Assembly: GCA_963847445.1 (NCBI GenBank)
Contig: CAWJZV010000024.1
Coordinates: forward strand, 96,001 to 160,000
Length of the DNA: 64,000 bases
From: an uncultured delta proteobacterium
GTDB lineage: Bacteria > Desulfobacterota > Binatia > UBA9968
Reading direction: 5' to 3'
This document shows positions 1 through 11,442 of the stretch, piece after piece. Both the position numbers and the translations under genes were made by a program. How positions within the stretch are numbered: position 1 is the first letter of the stretch; each line of letters begins with the position of its first letter. The notes under the pieces are model-generated. The model ran no database searches. It was not told the DNA's origin and saw nothing but the letters and a program-made list of their open reading frames with translations.

Positions 1-546
1 CTGTTCGCTTACATGTTCGAGCTAAAAGAGCCGCGCTTCGTCACCGGCTACACGCCGCGGGAGATCGACTTCGCCTTGGAGCGCAACGAGATCGACGCCC
101 GAGTGAGCATCCTGGACAGCTTGCTGACGCGTAATGCCCATTGGCTCGATAAAGATATGGTGGACATTAACGCCACCATGGACATCCCCAAAGATATCAG
201 TTTCAGCCATCCGCGGCTGGCTAAACTTATCGAGATCGAAGCCCTGGCTAGGTCTAATCAGGAACGCCGATTGATCGCCCTATTTCGCGGCGCGCGCGCC
301 ACCGGCCAACCGTTTGTCCTCCCGCCCGCTACACCGCCTGACCGAGTAAAGATTTTACGCGAAGCCATGCGCAATGCCTTCGCCGACCCCGATTACGTCA
401 AGAGCTACGAGAAACTCACCGCCGAGCCGGCCATGTCGATCGCCCCGGAAGAGTTCGAAAAACAGCTGCGCGAAATCCCCCGTGAACCGGAGATTATCGA
501 TCTATTCAAAAAGCTATCCGGCCCGGGGCCGCTGCCGAAGCGCTAG
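1..546 (+). CDS. Bug/TctC-like tripartite tricarboxylate transporter substrate-binding protein, 5' partial
   Basis: Frame is open from base 1; VTGY...EIDFALERNEID and PFVLPPATPPDRVKILREA segments typical of Bug-family C-termini. Confidence 0.7.
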   Translation: MFAYMFELKEPRFVTGYTPREIDFALERNEIDARVSILDSLLTRNAHWLDKDMVDINATMDIPKDISFSHPRLAKLIEIEALARSNQERRLIALFRGARATGQPFVLPPATPPDRVKILREAMRNAFADPDYVKSYEKLTAEPAMSIAPEEFEKQLREIPREPEIIDLFKKLSGPGPLPKR

Positions 547-650
547 CCGCTAACATCACATCGTTACCCATAAGTTTCGGCTGGACACGGCGGGTGCGGG
601 AGAGTCTACGAATTATCGTAAAGCACTCAAGCCGCGGCGGGTTTTCCGGT

Positions 651-794
651 CCCCCTCTTTGGAAAAGAGGGGCTAGGGGAGATTTGTCGCGCCTACGCAG
701 CTCCATTTATAGAACTGGAATGCCGCGCTGGTGCTAAAGAAACCGCCCCACGCCACAACCAAATCCCTCTCAATCCCCCTTTTCCAAAGGGGGA
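651..794. repeat. Inverted pair of CCCCCT(C/T)TT..AA(A/G)GGGG palindromic REP-like units
   Basis: ccccctctttggaaaagaggggctaggggagattt (651-685) and reverse-oriented aaatccctctcaatccccctttttccaaaggggg (761-793) between convergent genes. Confidence 0.75.
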
Positions 795-879
795 AGGGGT
801 AACTATGAGGCCTCTGCTTCAACCCCCGTGTCCAGCCAACAAGTTGGGTCCGCATGATCAGGGTAGTAGGCGAGATATC

Positions 880-1194
880 TCAAGGCAGCCGCAGTAACAG
901 AATCCCAGCGACGACCAGCGCGACGCCGCCAAGCATTCGTGCATTGAGTTGCTCGGCGAATAGGAAGTAGCCAGCGATTACCGCGAGCAGCGCCTCAAGC
1001 CCGAGCACGACGACGTAACTCGATCCGAGCGCTTCCTGTTTCATCGCCCAGGCCTGGATCAGCGCGCCGGCGCCGAAGAGCGCGACCAGCGCCAGCGCCG
1101 GCAACCAGCGCGTCAGTCCGGCGGAATGTTTCATGAACACGCCGCCGGCGACGTACAAAGCCGCGGCGAGAGCATAGAGCGCCAGCGCTTTCAT
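880..1194 (-). CDS. SMR/DMT-family small membrane transporter
   Basis: 104 aa, four hydrophobic helices, MKxSxG, LGSSY and LFAEQL...G...V..GI..L SMR patterns. Confidence 0.75.
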   Translation of the reverse strand: MKALALYALAAALYVAGGVFMKHSAGLTRWLPALALVALFGAGALIQAWAMKQEALGSSYVVVLGLEALLAVIAGYFLFAEQLNARMLGGVALVVAGILLLRLP

Positions 1195-1246
1195 TTGAGT
1201 TTGCCGTAAAGCGAAGAACTAAGTTCGTCTGGCTGGCAAGCTTGGC

Positions 1247-2866
1247 CTAGGCGCCGATCAACTTGAGTTTGTTCTTGGCGTTCTTGCCAATCTTGTTGCG
1301 CGGGAATTTCTCCGCGACATGTTCGAGCAGATCGATGCCCAAACCGCGTTCTTGGCCGGCCCGTTCGACCAGGCTGAAACCCAGGGCAAAAAGATCTTCC
1401 GGCGCCAGGCTTTTTTCTTTTCTCAAAGTTTCAAAAACCGGATAGGCGGAGCCGCGATAAAGACCGGTCAAGAGCTCCACGGCTGGATGTTGGCGATTGG
1501 TCGCCAGCGTGTGCGCATGCAGTTTCAACTGCGCCAGTGCCAACGCATAGCGATGCTCAGCTTTGAACTCGCTAAAATCTTTGAGCGGAGTCAAGAATCC
1601 CAGCGCTTCTTTGTATTTCTTGGTCTTAAGCAGTTTGACGCCCTGGTCCGCCAGCCGGTCGTAGACCAACGCCACATCGGCGCTTTTGAGGACATGCAGA
1701 AACGCCGTCTGAATCCGCTCTTCGCCGGCGATCGCTTGGTGCAACCGTTTCCACAGGCCGTCGAGCGTGTCTTGGCGCCACTTGCCTTCGAAGGACGGCA
1801 GCAGCTCGGCGATGCTCCACGCCTTGCTTGGATCTTGGCAAGCGGCGAGATCTTTGAGCAAAACATTTCGCGCTTCGGGAATCCTGCGCAGCGAACTCGC
1901 CGCCACGTCGCGCTTGCGATAGTCCGGATCGCCGAGCTCCTCGACTAAGGTGCGAATGCTCGCCGGCGTGGCGACGTCGCCCATTTTGCGCAGGGCGAAT
2001 TTTTGCAGATCCGAGTGCGGGCTTTGCATCAGTTTGGCCAAGAGCGAGCGGGAATCCTCGGGCAATTCATGGGCGTCGAGCAGATCGATGACCAGCCGCG
2101 TCACCTCGGAGTATTCGGCTTCTTCAAGTATCGGCAGCAGTTTGGCGTACTCGTCTTTGCGCAGCTCTTGCTCGCGCAGGCAACGGAGCAAGCCAACCAA
2201 AGCATGGGCGCGCACCGCCGGATGGTGCTCGGCGCCGATGTATTTGAAAAGCCAGCGGCGCGCTTGCGGCCGGCCCAGTTGGCCGAGCAGCCGCATGGTT
2301 GAAACCGCCGCCGGCCGTTGCTGTTTGACATCGAGCTTGGCCGCAAAGGCTTCGACTTCATCGTAGAAGCCATCGAGTTCCTTAGTCTCCATCTCGCGCA
2401 GCGCCGGCGTCATCAAGTCGCATATGACTTTGTTGGTCTCGTCCGTGCCGGCGCTGAGCATCTGCAGCAGCCCCTTCAGCGCCGCCTTACCGCGCACCGC
2501 GGCGAGCACTCGCGCACCGTTCAACTGCCAGGTCCGCGAAGCCTCCTTCGACTGCTGGACTAACAACGGCACCGCCGCTTGGCCGATGCCGGTGAGCGAA
2601 CGCACGGCGCGCTCCTGCATCTCTTTGTCACCGTCGTCGAGCATCTTGAGCAGTTGCGCGGTATTGCTCTTCGGCTGCACTTCTTCAAAATAGCGCAGCG
2701 CATAATCCTTGAGCACCGGATTGGCGCTGTCGAGCATGGTGCCGACAAGTTTTGCCGTCGCCGCGTTGCTGATTTTCAATGCACCCAACACGAGCAACGC
2801 CGCGCAGCGTTGCTCGACGGTGCCCTTTTCCACGAGGGCCAGAAGGTCTTGAAGCGTGTTGTCCAT
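1247..2866 (-). CDS. HEAT-repeat protein with TPR-like C-terminus
   Basis: 539 aa helical ORF with repeated L..D.D...R..A...L units; C-terminal EKFPRNKIGKNAKNKL. Confidence 0.7.
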   Translation of the reverse strand: MDNTLQDLLALVEKGTVEQRCAALLVLGALKISNAATAKLVGTMLDSANPVLKDYALRYFEEVQPKSNTAQLLKMLDDGDKEMQERAVRSLTGIGQAAVPLLVQQSKEASRTWQLNGARVLAAVRGKAALKGLLQMLSAGTDETNKVICDLMTPALREMETKELDGFYDEVEAFAAKLDVKQQRPAAVSTMRLLGQLGRPQARRWLFKYIGAEHHPAVRAHALVGLLRCLREQELRKDEYAKLLPILEEAEYSEVTRLVIDLLDAHELPEDSRSLLAKLMQSPHSDLQKFALRKMGDVATPASIRTLVEELGDPDYRKRDVAASSLRRIPEARNVLLKDLAACQDPSKAWSIAELLPSFEGKWRQDTLDGLWKRLHQAIAGEERIQTAFLHVLKSADVALVYDRLADQGVKLLKTKKYKEALGFLTPLKDFSEFKAEHRYALALAQLKLHAHTLATNRQHPAVELLTGLYRGSAYPVFETLRKEKSLAPEDLFALGFSLVERAGQERGLGIDLLEHVAEKFPRNKIGKNAKNKLKLIGA

Positions 2867-2920
2867 ATGCTTATCTCAATCGTAAATCCACGGTAAAAGT
2901 CAAGGCGCGCCGCTGCGGCC

Positions 2921-2983
2921 GTTACGGGTTACGGGTTTCGAGTTTTGGGTTCAACTCGAAACCCATAACGCGAGACCCGAAAC
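2921..2983. repeat. Inverted heptamer tandem repeat (GTTTCGA/GTTTCGG type)
   Basis: gttacgg gttacgg gtttcga gttttgg followed by complementary ctcgaaac...cccgaaac; same family at 11899-11926 with 12095-12117, and at 59263-59303. Confidence 0.7.
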
Positions 2984-3046
2984 TTTTCGGATTGCTTGAC
3001 TCTGAAACAGATTGCCGATACGAACGGCGAAGTCCAAGGAGAACAT

Positions 3047-4205
3047 ATGTTTTATCCAGATCTTTCCCCGTTCGGCGTCGACATGGAGCGTTTGAAACGC
3101 GACCGTTTAACCCGGCTGCAAGGCGAGATGAAGCGGCAAGGCCTCGGCGCGCTCTTGCTGACCGATTTTTTGAATATCCGCTATGCGACCAATACCGTCA
3201 TGATGTTGGGCCTGCGCGCCACCGGCATTCAACGCTTCGCCCTGATCCCCGTCGCGGGCGAGCCGATCGTCTGCCAGCGCGAGCTGTCGCGCAAGAGCGA
3301 CTATCGCAGCGCGCGCTTCGATGCCTACATGTTCGCCATGCGCCCGCCCGTCGCCACCGAAGACTTTGTCGATCAGGCGATCGCCGGCCTGAAGGAACTG
3401 GGCGTTGCCGGCGAGCCTGTCGGCGTCGATTATCTGAACTTGACGGCGATAGACGGATTGAAAGCCAAAGGCGTGAACCTGGTCGACGGCTGCCAGGCCG
3501 TGCACCAGGCGCGCGTCGTCAAGACAGTCGATGAATTGCAACTGATCCGCTGGACGACCCAAGCCAAGGCCAAGGGGTACGATCTGGTGCGCGGCGCGCT
3601 GCGTAAAGCCGATCCGCCGGAAGATCAGTTGAGCCGCATCATGCTCGATTATTTAATGGATCAAGGCTTCGAAGCCGGCAGCGAATTTATTTCAATCTAC
3701 GATTCCTCGACCATCGACTCGCGGCCGCACAACGAGCCGATGGGCGCCGATCTGGTGGTCAAAGAAGGCGATCTTAGTCATCTGCGACGCCACCGTCGCC
3801 GGCCCCGGCGGCTACTACAGCGACTTCTGCCGCACCTTTAGCCGCGGCGCGCCGACGGCCGAAACTAAACAGCGCTACAAAGAAGCCTATGGTTCGCTGC
3901 AGCAAGCGATCCAGTTCGTCCGCCCAGGCTCCTGCGCCGAGGCGTTCAAATCCTTCGGCAAAGGCGCCAGCGCCCGCCTGCCCGGCTTCGACGGCTTTCA
4001 CGGCGTCGGTTTGTGTATTTATGAATCGCCCTGGCTGCGCGGCGGCGATCCGGAAAAGTACATGATCTCGCTGGAAGAAAACATGATCGTCGCCTGCGAG
4101 ATCAACCACTACCCGGTCAAGCTCGAACATCTGATGCGAGTGACCAAAGACGGCGGCGAGATCCTGTCAGAGTATCCGGTCGACCCGGAACTGGTTCCGG
4201 CCTAA
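3047..4205 (+). CDS. M24 (Xaa-Pro aminopeptidase/creatinase) family protein, frameshift near 3775
   Basis: AAGGAGA RBS before ATG 3047; ARVVKTVDEL; after the shift ICDAT..GYYSDFCRT, FHGVG, ACE..VKLEH supply the D,D,H,E,E ligands. Confidence 0.8.
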
Positions 4206-4394
4206 GAAAGATTTGCCGCAAAGAACGCAAAGTTCGCAAAAAAGAAGGGGCGCAGCATGCTGCGCCGCTAAGAATCCGATGTTCCTTTTTGCGCCCATTT
4301 GCGCTCTTTGCGGTTAATCGAATCCGCATTCGCGAATCCTCTTGCTGCGCTTTCACTTCGTGACCTTTGTGCTCTTTGTGGTTAAATCATCCGA

Positions 4395-5236
4395 TCAATC
4401 GAAGAACGCCAGCGTGCGCATCTCGATACTCTCGCGCGCCGGCGCGATTGACCGGGACTGTTGGGATCGTCGAACGCGGCATGGGCGGACCAGCGCGCGC
4501 GGCCGTCTTTCATCGAATCGTAGCACTTGAAGACGATCGCTTCGTCAGTCTGCATGTTGGGAAAGTAGAACCAGCGATGGTTGGGATTGTGGGTGAGATG
4601 ATAGATCTCGCCGACGCGGTCTGGATAGCGCCTTTCGGTGCCGATCAAATCTTTAGCGGCGATGCTTTGCGAATCGGCGATCGCCAGCGGCGCGGAAACC
4701 ACCGGGTTACGCACCGGCCGCCACACTTGAATCACGCTGAAACGTTTTTGCATCAACGCCTCAGCTTCTTCCTGCGGCAATAGATCGCGCACCCGCTGCG
4801 GCCCCGACCATTCCGTATAGTCGTTGTGCACGCTGCGCACCGGCCGGCTGGCGAATTTTTCTTCGCGCACTGCGTCATTCTCCGCGCGCAGCGTATGATC
4901 GAAAACCAAGACCCGCGCCGCCCCGGTCGCCCGCTTTACCAGTTGTTCGATCTCCGGATAGTAAACCCGCTTCACTTCGTCGTCGTTGTAGAAATCCTTC
5001 ATCTTGGTTTCATGTTTGACCAAGAGGAAGCCTTCCTTGTCGAGGGAGAATCCACTCGCCAGCCGGCCGTTGCGGATCGTCACCGCATGCGCCTGGTAGT
5101 TTCCGGTATTGCTGGTGACCCGCACTGCGCCCGGCAAGTTGGACTCGGTCACCGGTTTCTCACCGCCTGGAATGATGTAATTCAACGTCGATTGCACCGA
5201 CTCTATTTGTGAATTCTGTTCACCGGCCTGCAACAT
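4395..5236 (-). CDS. CmcJ/NvfI (AsaB-like) family oxidoreductase, C-terminal frameshift near 4440
   Basis: FDHTLR, VHNDYT, QVWRP, HRWFYFPNM, HAAF.DP; RESIEMRTLAFFD* in the shifted frame. Confidence 0.8.
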
Positions 5237-5272
5237 GAGAGACCTCCGTCGATTACTGTTGGTTCTGACGCC

Positions 5273-5306
5273 TTGAACGTTTTGAACTATTTGAACGGTT
5301 TGAACG
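5273..5306. repeat. TTGAAC tandem repeat, period 7-9 nt
   Basis: ttgaacgtt ttgaactat ttgaacggt ttgaacg; same family at 15457-15483, 29865-29898, 50742-50856 (inverted pair), 52702-52746, 60579-60601. Confidence 0.7.
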
Positions 5307-5318
5307 AGTCCATCCCAA

Positions 5319-6374
5319 TCATGATTTTCGCCCGAGCTCGCGCAACGCCTTCTGCCACTTGGTCGCTTCCCGGTCGTACTGATCCGTAGTCAAGCCCGCC
5401 TCGGGATACCAACGCTTGAAGCCAAAGTCTTTCGACGGGCTGCCGAACTGCAAGTCTTCGAGAATTTTCTGTCCTTCCGGGCTGAGAATGAAATCCGCCA
5501 TCAGCACCGCGGCATGGGGATGAGGCGCCTGATAGACGATCGAAGTCGCGCCGGCATTGGTCGGCACACCTTCCATCGCCACCCAATCGATCGGCGCGCC
5601 TTTGAGCTTTGACTCCATGGCATGATCGCGAAAGATCGACGGCGAGATCGGCACTTCGCCGGAGATCGCCAGGTCGGCCATGGCCCGCCCGGATACGGAA
5701 TGCAGACTGATATCTTGCGCTTTTAGTTTGCTAGCGAACGCGTCCCCTTTGAACTTCAGAATCGCGCCCATCATGCGCACACCCGTGTCGCTGGTCGTCA
5801 TACCCAATTTGCCCTTGAGCTGCGGGTTGAGCAAGCCGGCGAAGTTTTTCGGCACCGCGCCGGCGGGAATCGCGTTGGGATTATAGCCGACACCGATGAA
5901 GCTCTCGCGATTGACGCCCCAGTAGTAAAGTCCATTGCCGGCTTTTTCCTTGGCATGGGCCGGATATTTTTGCAGATGCGGTGAAGTATAAACCGCCAGG
6001 AGCCCATCTTCGCGCAAGCTCTTGAGCAGAGGCAAAGTCGTTTCAATGGTGTCGACCAAATACTGCCGCGCCTTCGCCTCCGCAGTGATGCGCGCCATCA
6101 AATCGTTACTCGCCGCCCGGTAGACATCGACTTTGACGCCGTATTTTTTCTCGAACCCCTGGGCCAGTTCTTTGTAGGAGCTGCCGGCCAGCGAGGTGTA
6201 CCAGGTGACTTTCCCCTCCGCCTTGGCGCCGGCGACGAGAATCTTCTCCCGATCCGCACCGCTATAGGCCACCAGTTCAGACAGCGTGCGAGGCGGCTTG
6301 GTTTGCGCCGATACCACGCCGAATGAAGTGCCTAAGATGAATAAAATCGTGATCCCATGTCGTAAGCATGCCAC
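5319..6374 (-). CDS. ABC transporter substrate-binding protein (AfuA/Fe3+-thiamine-like)
   Basis: Signal peptide; GAKAEGKVTWYTSL; APHPHAAVLMADFILSPEGQ. Confidence 0.85.
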   Translation of the reverse strand: MACLRHGITILFILGTSFGVVSAQTKPPRTLSELVAYSGADREKILVAGAKAEGKVTWYTSLAGSSYKELAQGFEKKYGVKVDVYRAASNDLMARITAEAKARQYLVDTIETTLPLLKSLREDGLLAVYTSPHLQKYPAHAKEKAGNGLYYWGVNRESFIGVGYNPNAIPAGAVPKNFAGLLNPQLKGKLGMTTSDTGVRMMGAILKFKGDAFASKLKAQDISLHSVSGRAMADLAISGEVPISPSIFRDHAMESKLKGAPIDWVAMEGVPTNAGATSIVYQAPHPHAAVLMADFILSPEGQKILEDLQFGSPSKDFGFKRWYPEAGLTTDQYDREATKWQKALRELGRKS

Positions 6375-6638
6375 GGCTGTCCCACAACCTCCGGTTAGCT
6401 GAAAAGTGCTTGAACCTACCGCAAATCAGCACTTCGTACAAATCAACTTTCCGGATTGCGGCGCGGGAAAATCAGGGGGGCCGTGAATTCCCCCAGGTCG
6501 TTTCCGTCTAATCCGTATGAGCTATTGTGCGGTTGAGAATCGACCGGTCATCGTATAAGCGAAGAAGCTGACATTGCGACGCCCGGACGCAGGCAACATC
6601 GATTTGCGGTCCAAAACAATACTGTCACGGAGGCGCCT

Positions 6639-6974
6639 ATGAATAAAATGAGTTATGCAGCCGTTGTCATTCTGAGCCTGCTGATCATCGGCTGTGGCTC
6701 CAGTAACAATGGGGCTTTCGCCGCGCGCAGCGGGCGAGAAGCGCAACAAAATGAACGGGCGGCGATCGTGGAGCGTTTGATTCCCGAGGAAGGTGCGCTG
6801 CCGGAAAATCGCTTGAAGGACGTGCTCGCTGCGATTTCCACGGTCGACAAGGCGTTCGAGATGGAGAATCCCACGCGGGAAAGAGTCCGCCGTCACCTGC
6901 TAGACCGAGAAGTTACGACGCTGCGTCGCATCGAGACAAACGTCCGAGCCATCGAAAGGAAACGCAGGGACTAG
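6639..6974 (+). CDS. Hypothetical lipoprotein
   Basis: GGAGG RBS; basic N-terminus, hydrophobic core, lipobox LIIGC. Confidence 0.55.
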   Translation: MNKMSYAAVVILSLLIIGCGSSNNGAFAARSGREAQQNERAAIVERLIPEEGALPENRLKDVLAAISTVDKAFEMENPTRERVRRHLLDREVTTLRRIETNVRAIERKRRD

Positions 6975-7077
6975 ACTTACGCGAATTTTACATGCCGCGC
7001 CCCGCATTGTCATATTCAGCGCTCTGCCGGGTCGTTGACAATGCACGCTAACCGTTCGCGAGAGCAACGCCGGCTGC

Positions 7078-9314
7078 TTATTGTTGTTGGACTCGCAACG
7101 CGCGATAAATCGTCTCGGCACTTACCGGCAGATTAAACAGCCGCACGCCAACCGCGTCGGCGATCGCGTTGGCGATGGCCGCCGGCGGCGCGTTGTTGGC
7201 GAACTCGCCGATGGGCTTGGCGTTGTGCGGGCCGACGCCGCCGCCGGAGGTGACTAGAACGGTTTTCAACTCGAACAGATCGGCGATGGACGGCAATTTG
7301 TAATCGCCGAGATTATTGTTGGTCACTTTGCCTTGATCGATGACGATCTCTTCCATGAGTCCCTGGCCGACGCCCATCACCGCCGCGCCGTCGATCTGCC
7401 CCTGATGCGTCAACGGATTGATGATCGTGCCGACATCGTGGGCGGTGACGAAGCGATGGAGTTTCACCGCGCCGGTCTCGGGATCGACTTCGACCTCGGC
7501 GACCTGTGCGCAGATGTACGAAAACTCGTCGGGTGCGCGATAGTCTTCATAGACGGTAACGAGCAGCGGTTCCGCCGTTTGAGCGACAACCCGGCGCAGC
7601 AATACTTGTTGGCCCCGGATCTTGGCGCAGCGAAAACTTGCCGCCGTCGAAGTCGATGTCTTCGGCGCGGCATTCCAACATGCGCGCGGCTTGGGCGAGT
7701 AATTTTTCGCGCAGCTCGTCGCAGGCTTTGATCATGGCATTGCCGGCGACGTAAGTCATGCGGCTGGCGCGCATGCCGCCGTCACGCGGCGCCGTGTCGG
7801 TGTCGCCGATGACAACACGCACATGGTCAATGCCGATTTTCATCCGATCGGCGACCAACTGGCGCAAGATCGTGTGCGTGCCCGAGCCTTGATCGATGCT
7901 CGGGCTGACGATTAAGTAGCCGCCGTCCGCTTCGGCGCTGAGAATCACGCCGGTGTCGCCGCCGCTGATATGGCGGCCCGAAAGCGCGATGCCGCGCCCA
8001 TGATTGGCTTTCTTCGGTTTCTTCCAACCGGCGGCGTCCAGTGCGCCTTGGAGCACTTCACGAAAGCGCACGTCTTTCAACTCTTGACCGACCGCGTCGG
8101 CTTCTCCGTCGCTAAGAAAGTTCTTCAGGCGAAACTCAGCGGCATCTATAGCCAGTTCTTTGGCGATGATGTCGGTGTGGCAGTCCACCGCGAATGCCGT
8201 CGCCACCGCGCCGGGACTGCGGTAGTAACCGCCAGGGACGGTGTTGGTATAGATCTGCATGAACTCAATGTCGGCGTGCTCGATGCTGATACTGGCCCCC
8301 GGCATAGTGCCAGGTCGCCAACGACGTATTGGACTTGAGCGCGCCGTATCCGCCGCTGGCATGGACGGCGCGCATTTGCCGCGCGACCAGCCGGCCGTCG
8401 CGCATTACCCCGCTCTTGATCGTGATCACCGTCGGATGCGCCGGATTGCTCGCCGACAGCTCTTCGGCGTAGGTCATGATGAACTTCACCGGCCGCCCGG
8501 TTTTCTGCGCAAGAAAATAAAGGATCGGCAAGTCGACACCGTCACCCTTGCCACCGAACTCGCCGCCGACGTTGACCACGTTCATGCGGATGCGCTCTTC
8601 GGCCAAACCCAGGCATTTGGATAACTGGCTGCGCACTCCGAAGGGATTTTTCACTCCGGCCCAAACTTGCACGCGGCCGTCCGGCTCAATCGCAACGGTC
8701 GCCGCGTGCGGTTCGAGGTAGCCTTGATGGCGCGCCGGTACATTGAAAGTGTGTTCGAATACCAGATCGGCGTCGCGGAAGCCTTGCTCGACATCGCCTT
8801 TCTTCCACGCTAATCGCGTGAGACCGTTGCGCAGGTCGGCGGCGAGAATATTCTTCGGCGCGCCATCGTACTCGGCGACATTGTCATGGAGCTGCGGCGC
8901 GTCCGGCGCCATCGCTTGCAGCGGATCGAACACCGCGGCAAGAATTTCGTAATCGACGTCGATCAATTGAATGGCTTCCTCGGCGGCATCCACGGTCTCC
9001 GCCGCCACCGCCGCCACCCGGTCGCCGATGAAACGCACTTTGTCCCAGCACAGCACCGGCAAGTCGCGAATCTGCTTGCCGATAAGCAGCCCGCGCACAT
9101 CCGCGCCGGTGATAATCGCCTTCACCCCGGCAACTTTCTCCGCCTTGCTGGTATCGACGCGGACAATCCGCGCGTGCGGATGCGGACTGCGCAAGATTTT
9201 CGCCCACAGCAGCCCTGGCAGCTTCACATCGGCGGCATAGATCGACTGGCCGCTGACCTTGTCGCCCGCCTCCGCCCTCGGCACCGACGCCCCAATCGCT
9301 TTGAATTCAGCCAT
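7078..9314 (-). CDS. Xanthine dehydrogenase family molybdopterin-binding subunit, frameshifts near 8290 and 7610
   Basis: Three consecutive ORFs reconstitute one protein: ILRSPHPHARI, HQGYLEP, GGEFGGK, DQGSG, AHDVG.IINP...GQIDG, AKPIGE; colinear with the intact paralog at 31697-33937. Confidence 0.88.
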
Positions 9315-9531
9315 GGTGTTAGTTTCCTTAATCTATTTTTGCCAGCGCCGCTGGATAGTTAATCAACCTTCAGGGTAATTAGTACGCCAGAGCACCCAAG
9401 GTCAAGGTTGGATGGCAACAATGATGCGAAAGAAGACTTTGTATCTCAGATAAATTGCCAGAACATGAAGCGGTTGGACGCGAACTGGTGAGATTTATCG
9501 ATTGGATGAAAAATCCAATTTCACCACGAAG

Positions 9532-9710
9532 TGAATCATGATCTTACGCACGCCCACAGATAATGTAAAGTACCGGAAGCCATTCCTTAGACTCGTCATG
9601 CCGGCGCAGGCCGGCATCCAGCGGAAGGGATATACCGGCCTGCGCCGGTATGACGGAACAGAGAGTCGTATCGATGCCCAGTCATCGCTGCACGTGTATT
9701 TTCTAAGGAG
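9532..9710 (+). mobile_element. Non-autonomous mini-element family A, copy 1
   Basis: Begins right after CACCACGAAG; left end TG....ATGATCTTACGCACGCCCACAGA, right end GTATTTTCTAAGGAG; internal CGTCAT...ATGACG REP doublet. Confidence 0.7.
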
Positions 9711-9735
9711 ATCACGAAAGCCACGAGACTGAAGA

Positions 9736-9760
9736 GGACGGGTTTCAAACCCGCCCCTAC
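9736..9760 (-). repeat. GTAG-type REP palindrome GTAGGGGCGGGTTTGAAACCCGCCC
   Basis: Near-identical copies at 9736-9760, 11295-11319, 13039-13063, 13934-13958, 28742-28766; variants at 4246-4270, 27800-27823, 61718-61740. Confidence 0.85.
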
Positions 9761-9856
9761 AATTCCAGAATCTTATTTTGCGCCCTTTGCGGTTAAATAC
9801 TCCGGTTCTGAATGACTTCCTTGGTTACGGCTCAACTGAACTTTGCCATTAGTGCA

Positions 9857-10958
9857 TCACAGCCCATACAACGCCTTGGCATTGTCGCTGAGGATTTTCT
9901 GTTTCACTTCCGCTGACAGATCGGTGCGCTCTTTGAAAATTTTAATCGCGTCGACATCGCTCGAGGTATCCATGTGGCCGTAGTCGGTGCCGATGACCAG
10001 ACAGTCCGCGCCGCCGTTCTCGACCAGATAGGGCAAGTCGTCGGAGTTTTCACAGGTGACAAACATGCCGTAGTCGCGCGCGATGTTCTCCGACCAGGGC
10101 CGGTCCAAAGTCTCGAAAACGGTTCTTGGCTTCGTGCAGCACCCAGGGCAGCCACTGCGCGCTGGCTTCGATAAAACCCCAGCGTAGTTTGGGAAATAGT
10201 TGATGGACGTCGCTGAGCATCACATCGCTGAACGCCGCCACCGTCGGCACGCGGAAGCGATGCAACCCCGCCGCCTGCGACACCGGATGGCGATAGAGAT
10301 CGTTGAGCCAAGTGTTGCCGTTGGCGATATGCACCGCGATGGGAATGTCGAGCTTCTGCGCTTCGTCGTAAATCGGATAGAAGTACGGATCGGCGAGCAA
10401 GCGGCTGCCTTCGATGGGCCGCATTAAAACGGCGCAGGCGCCATGCTGCTTGGACCAGCGGATTTGGTCCAACGCGTCCGGCATGCTCAAGATCGGCGGC
10501 ATGCACGACCATAAGAGACGCCCCTTGCCATGTTCCCAGATATCGGCCAGCCATCGGTTCCAGCTTTTGCACAGCGCCACTTCCACCGCGGCCCGTTCGG
10601 TCACGCCCTCGATGAACATGGTGTTGTGCAGCACTTCGACATCGACGCCGGTCTGATCCATATGTTCCAAACGCATGTCGACATTGCCCATCTCGCGCGA
10701 CGCATCCATGTCGGCGAACTTGCGTCCCGCCTGTTTGGCGCGTTGTTCCAGCGCCTCAGGGGAGAAAGCCGGGAATCGCAAACCACGCACCTTGCCATCG
10801 ACGAGCCAAAACTGCTGCTTCACGCCGCCCTTCTCAGCGGTCTGCAACGGTGTCGGCCGGTACTGCCGCTCCGACGGATCCATGAACTCCCAAGTCCGCT
10901 CGCACTCGACAACATGCGCGTCCGCATCGATCACAATCGCCTGTCCATTGGTCGTCAT
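9857..10958 (-). CDS. Amidohydrolase_2 family protein, frameshift near 10105
   Basis: GGAGA RBS; IDADAHVVE, IAVH, FPKLRWGFIEAS, GTDYGHMD, ILSDNAKALYGL. Confidence 0.85.
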
Positions 10959-11048
10959 GTTTAAATCTCCTCTTCGGCCCGAGACTATTTGATCGTGCTG
11001 CATCCTGTCAATATTGCGGAGCGCGAGGAGTTTATTTTCACCACGAAG

Positions 11049-11256
11049 TGTCCATAACTTACGCTCGTCTACAGAATATGAAAATGGATGGACTCCCTCC
11101 ATAGGCGGTCTGCTTGAACGCGTCGTTCCCGCGCACGCGGGAATCCAGGTTTGGTCTGCGCCCAATTGGCCTGGATTCCCGCTTTCGCGGGTATGACGGA
11201 ACCCAGGTGACCTCTTCGTTGTGCAGACCCTCTCCTTGCACGTATTTTCTAAGGAG
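11049..11256 (+). mobile_element. Non-autonomous mini-element family A, copy 2
   Basis: 208 bp after CACCACGAAG; CTTACGCTCGTCTACAGAATATGAAAATGG...GTATTTTCTAAGGAG; internal REP doublet about 11121-11199. Confidence 0.75.
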
Positions 11257-11442
11257 GTTTCGTAGGGTGTGTTTCGCGTTCCAGGTTGCAAAGAGGGCGG
11301 GTTTCAAACCCGCCCCTACATTTCGGAATTCTTTTTGCGTTCTTTGCGGCCAAACTCCAGATCCAATCCACGTCCTTCGTGGTGAAAGAGTCCGACCCAT
11401 CTCAGCCTCGACCGTCTAATTCAGTTCTGCTAGTCTCGCGTC

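Noticed and set aside
10959-11291. N-terminal extension of the 413 aa ORF 10050..11291
   Set aside because: It is translation through mini-element A; the RBS and family motif support a start at 10958
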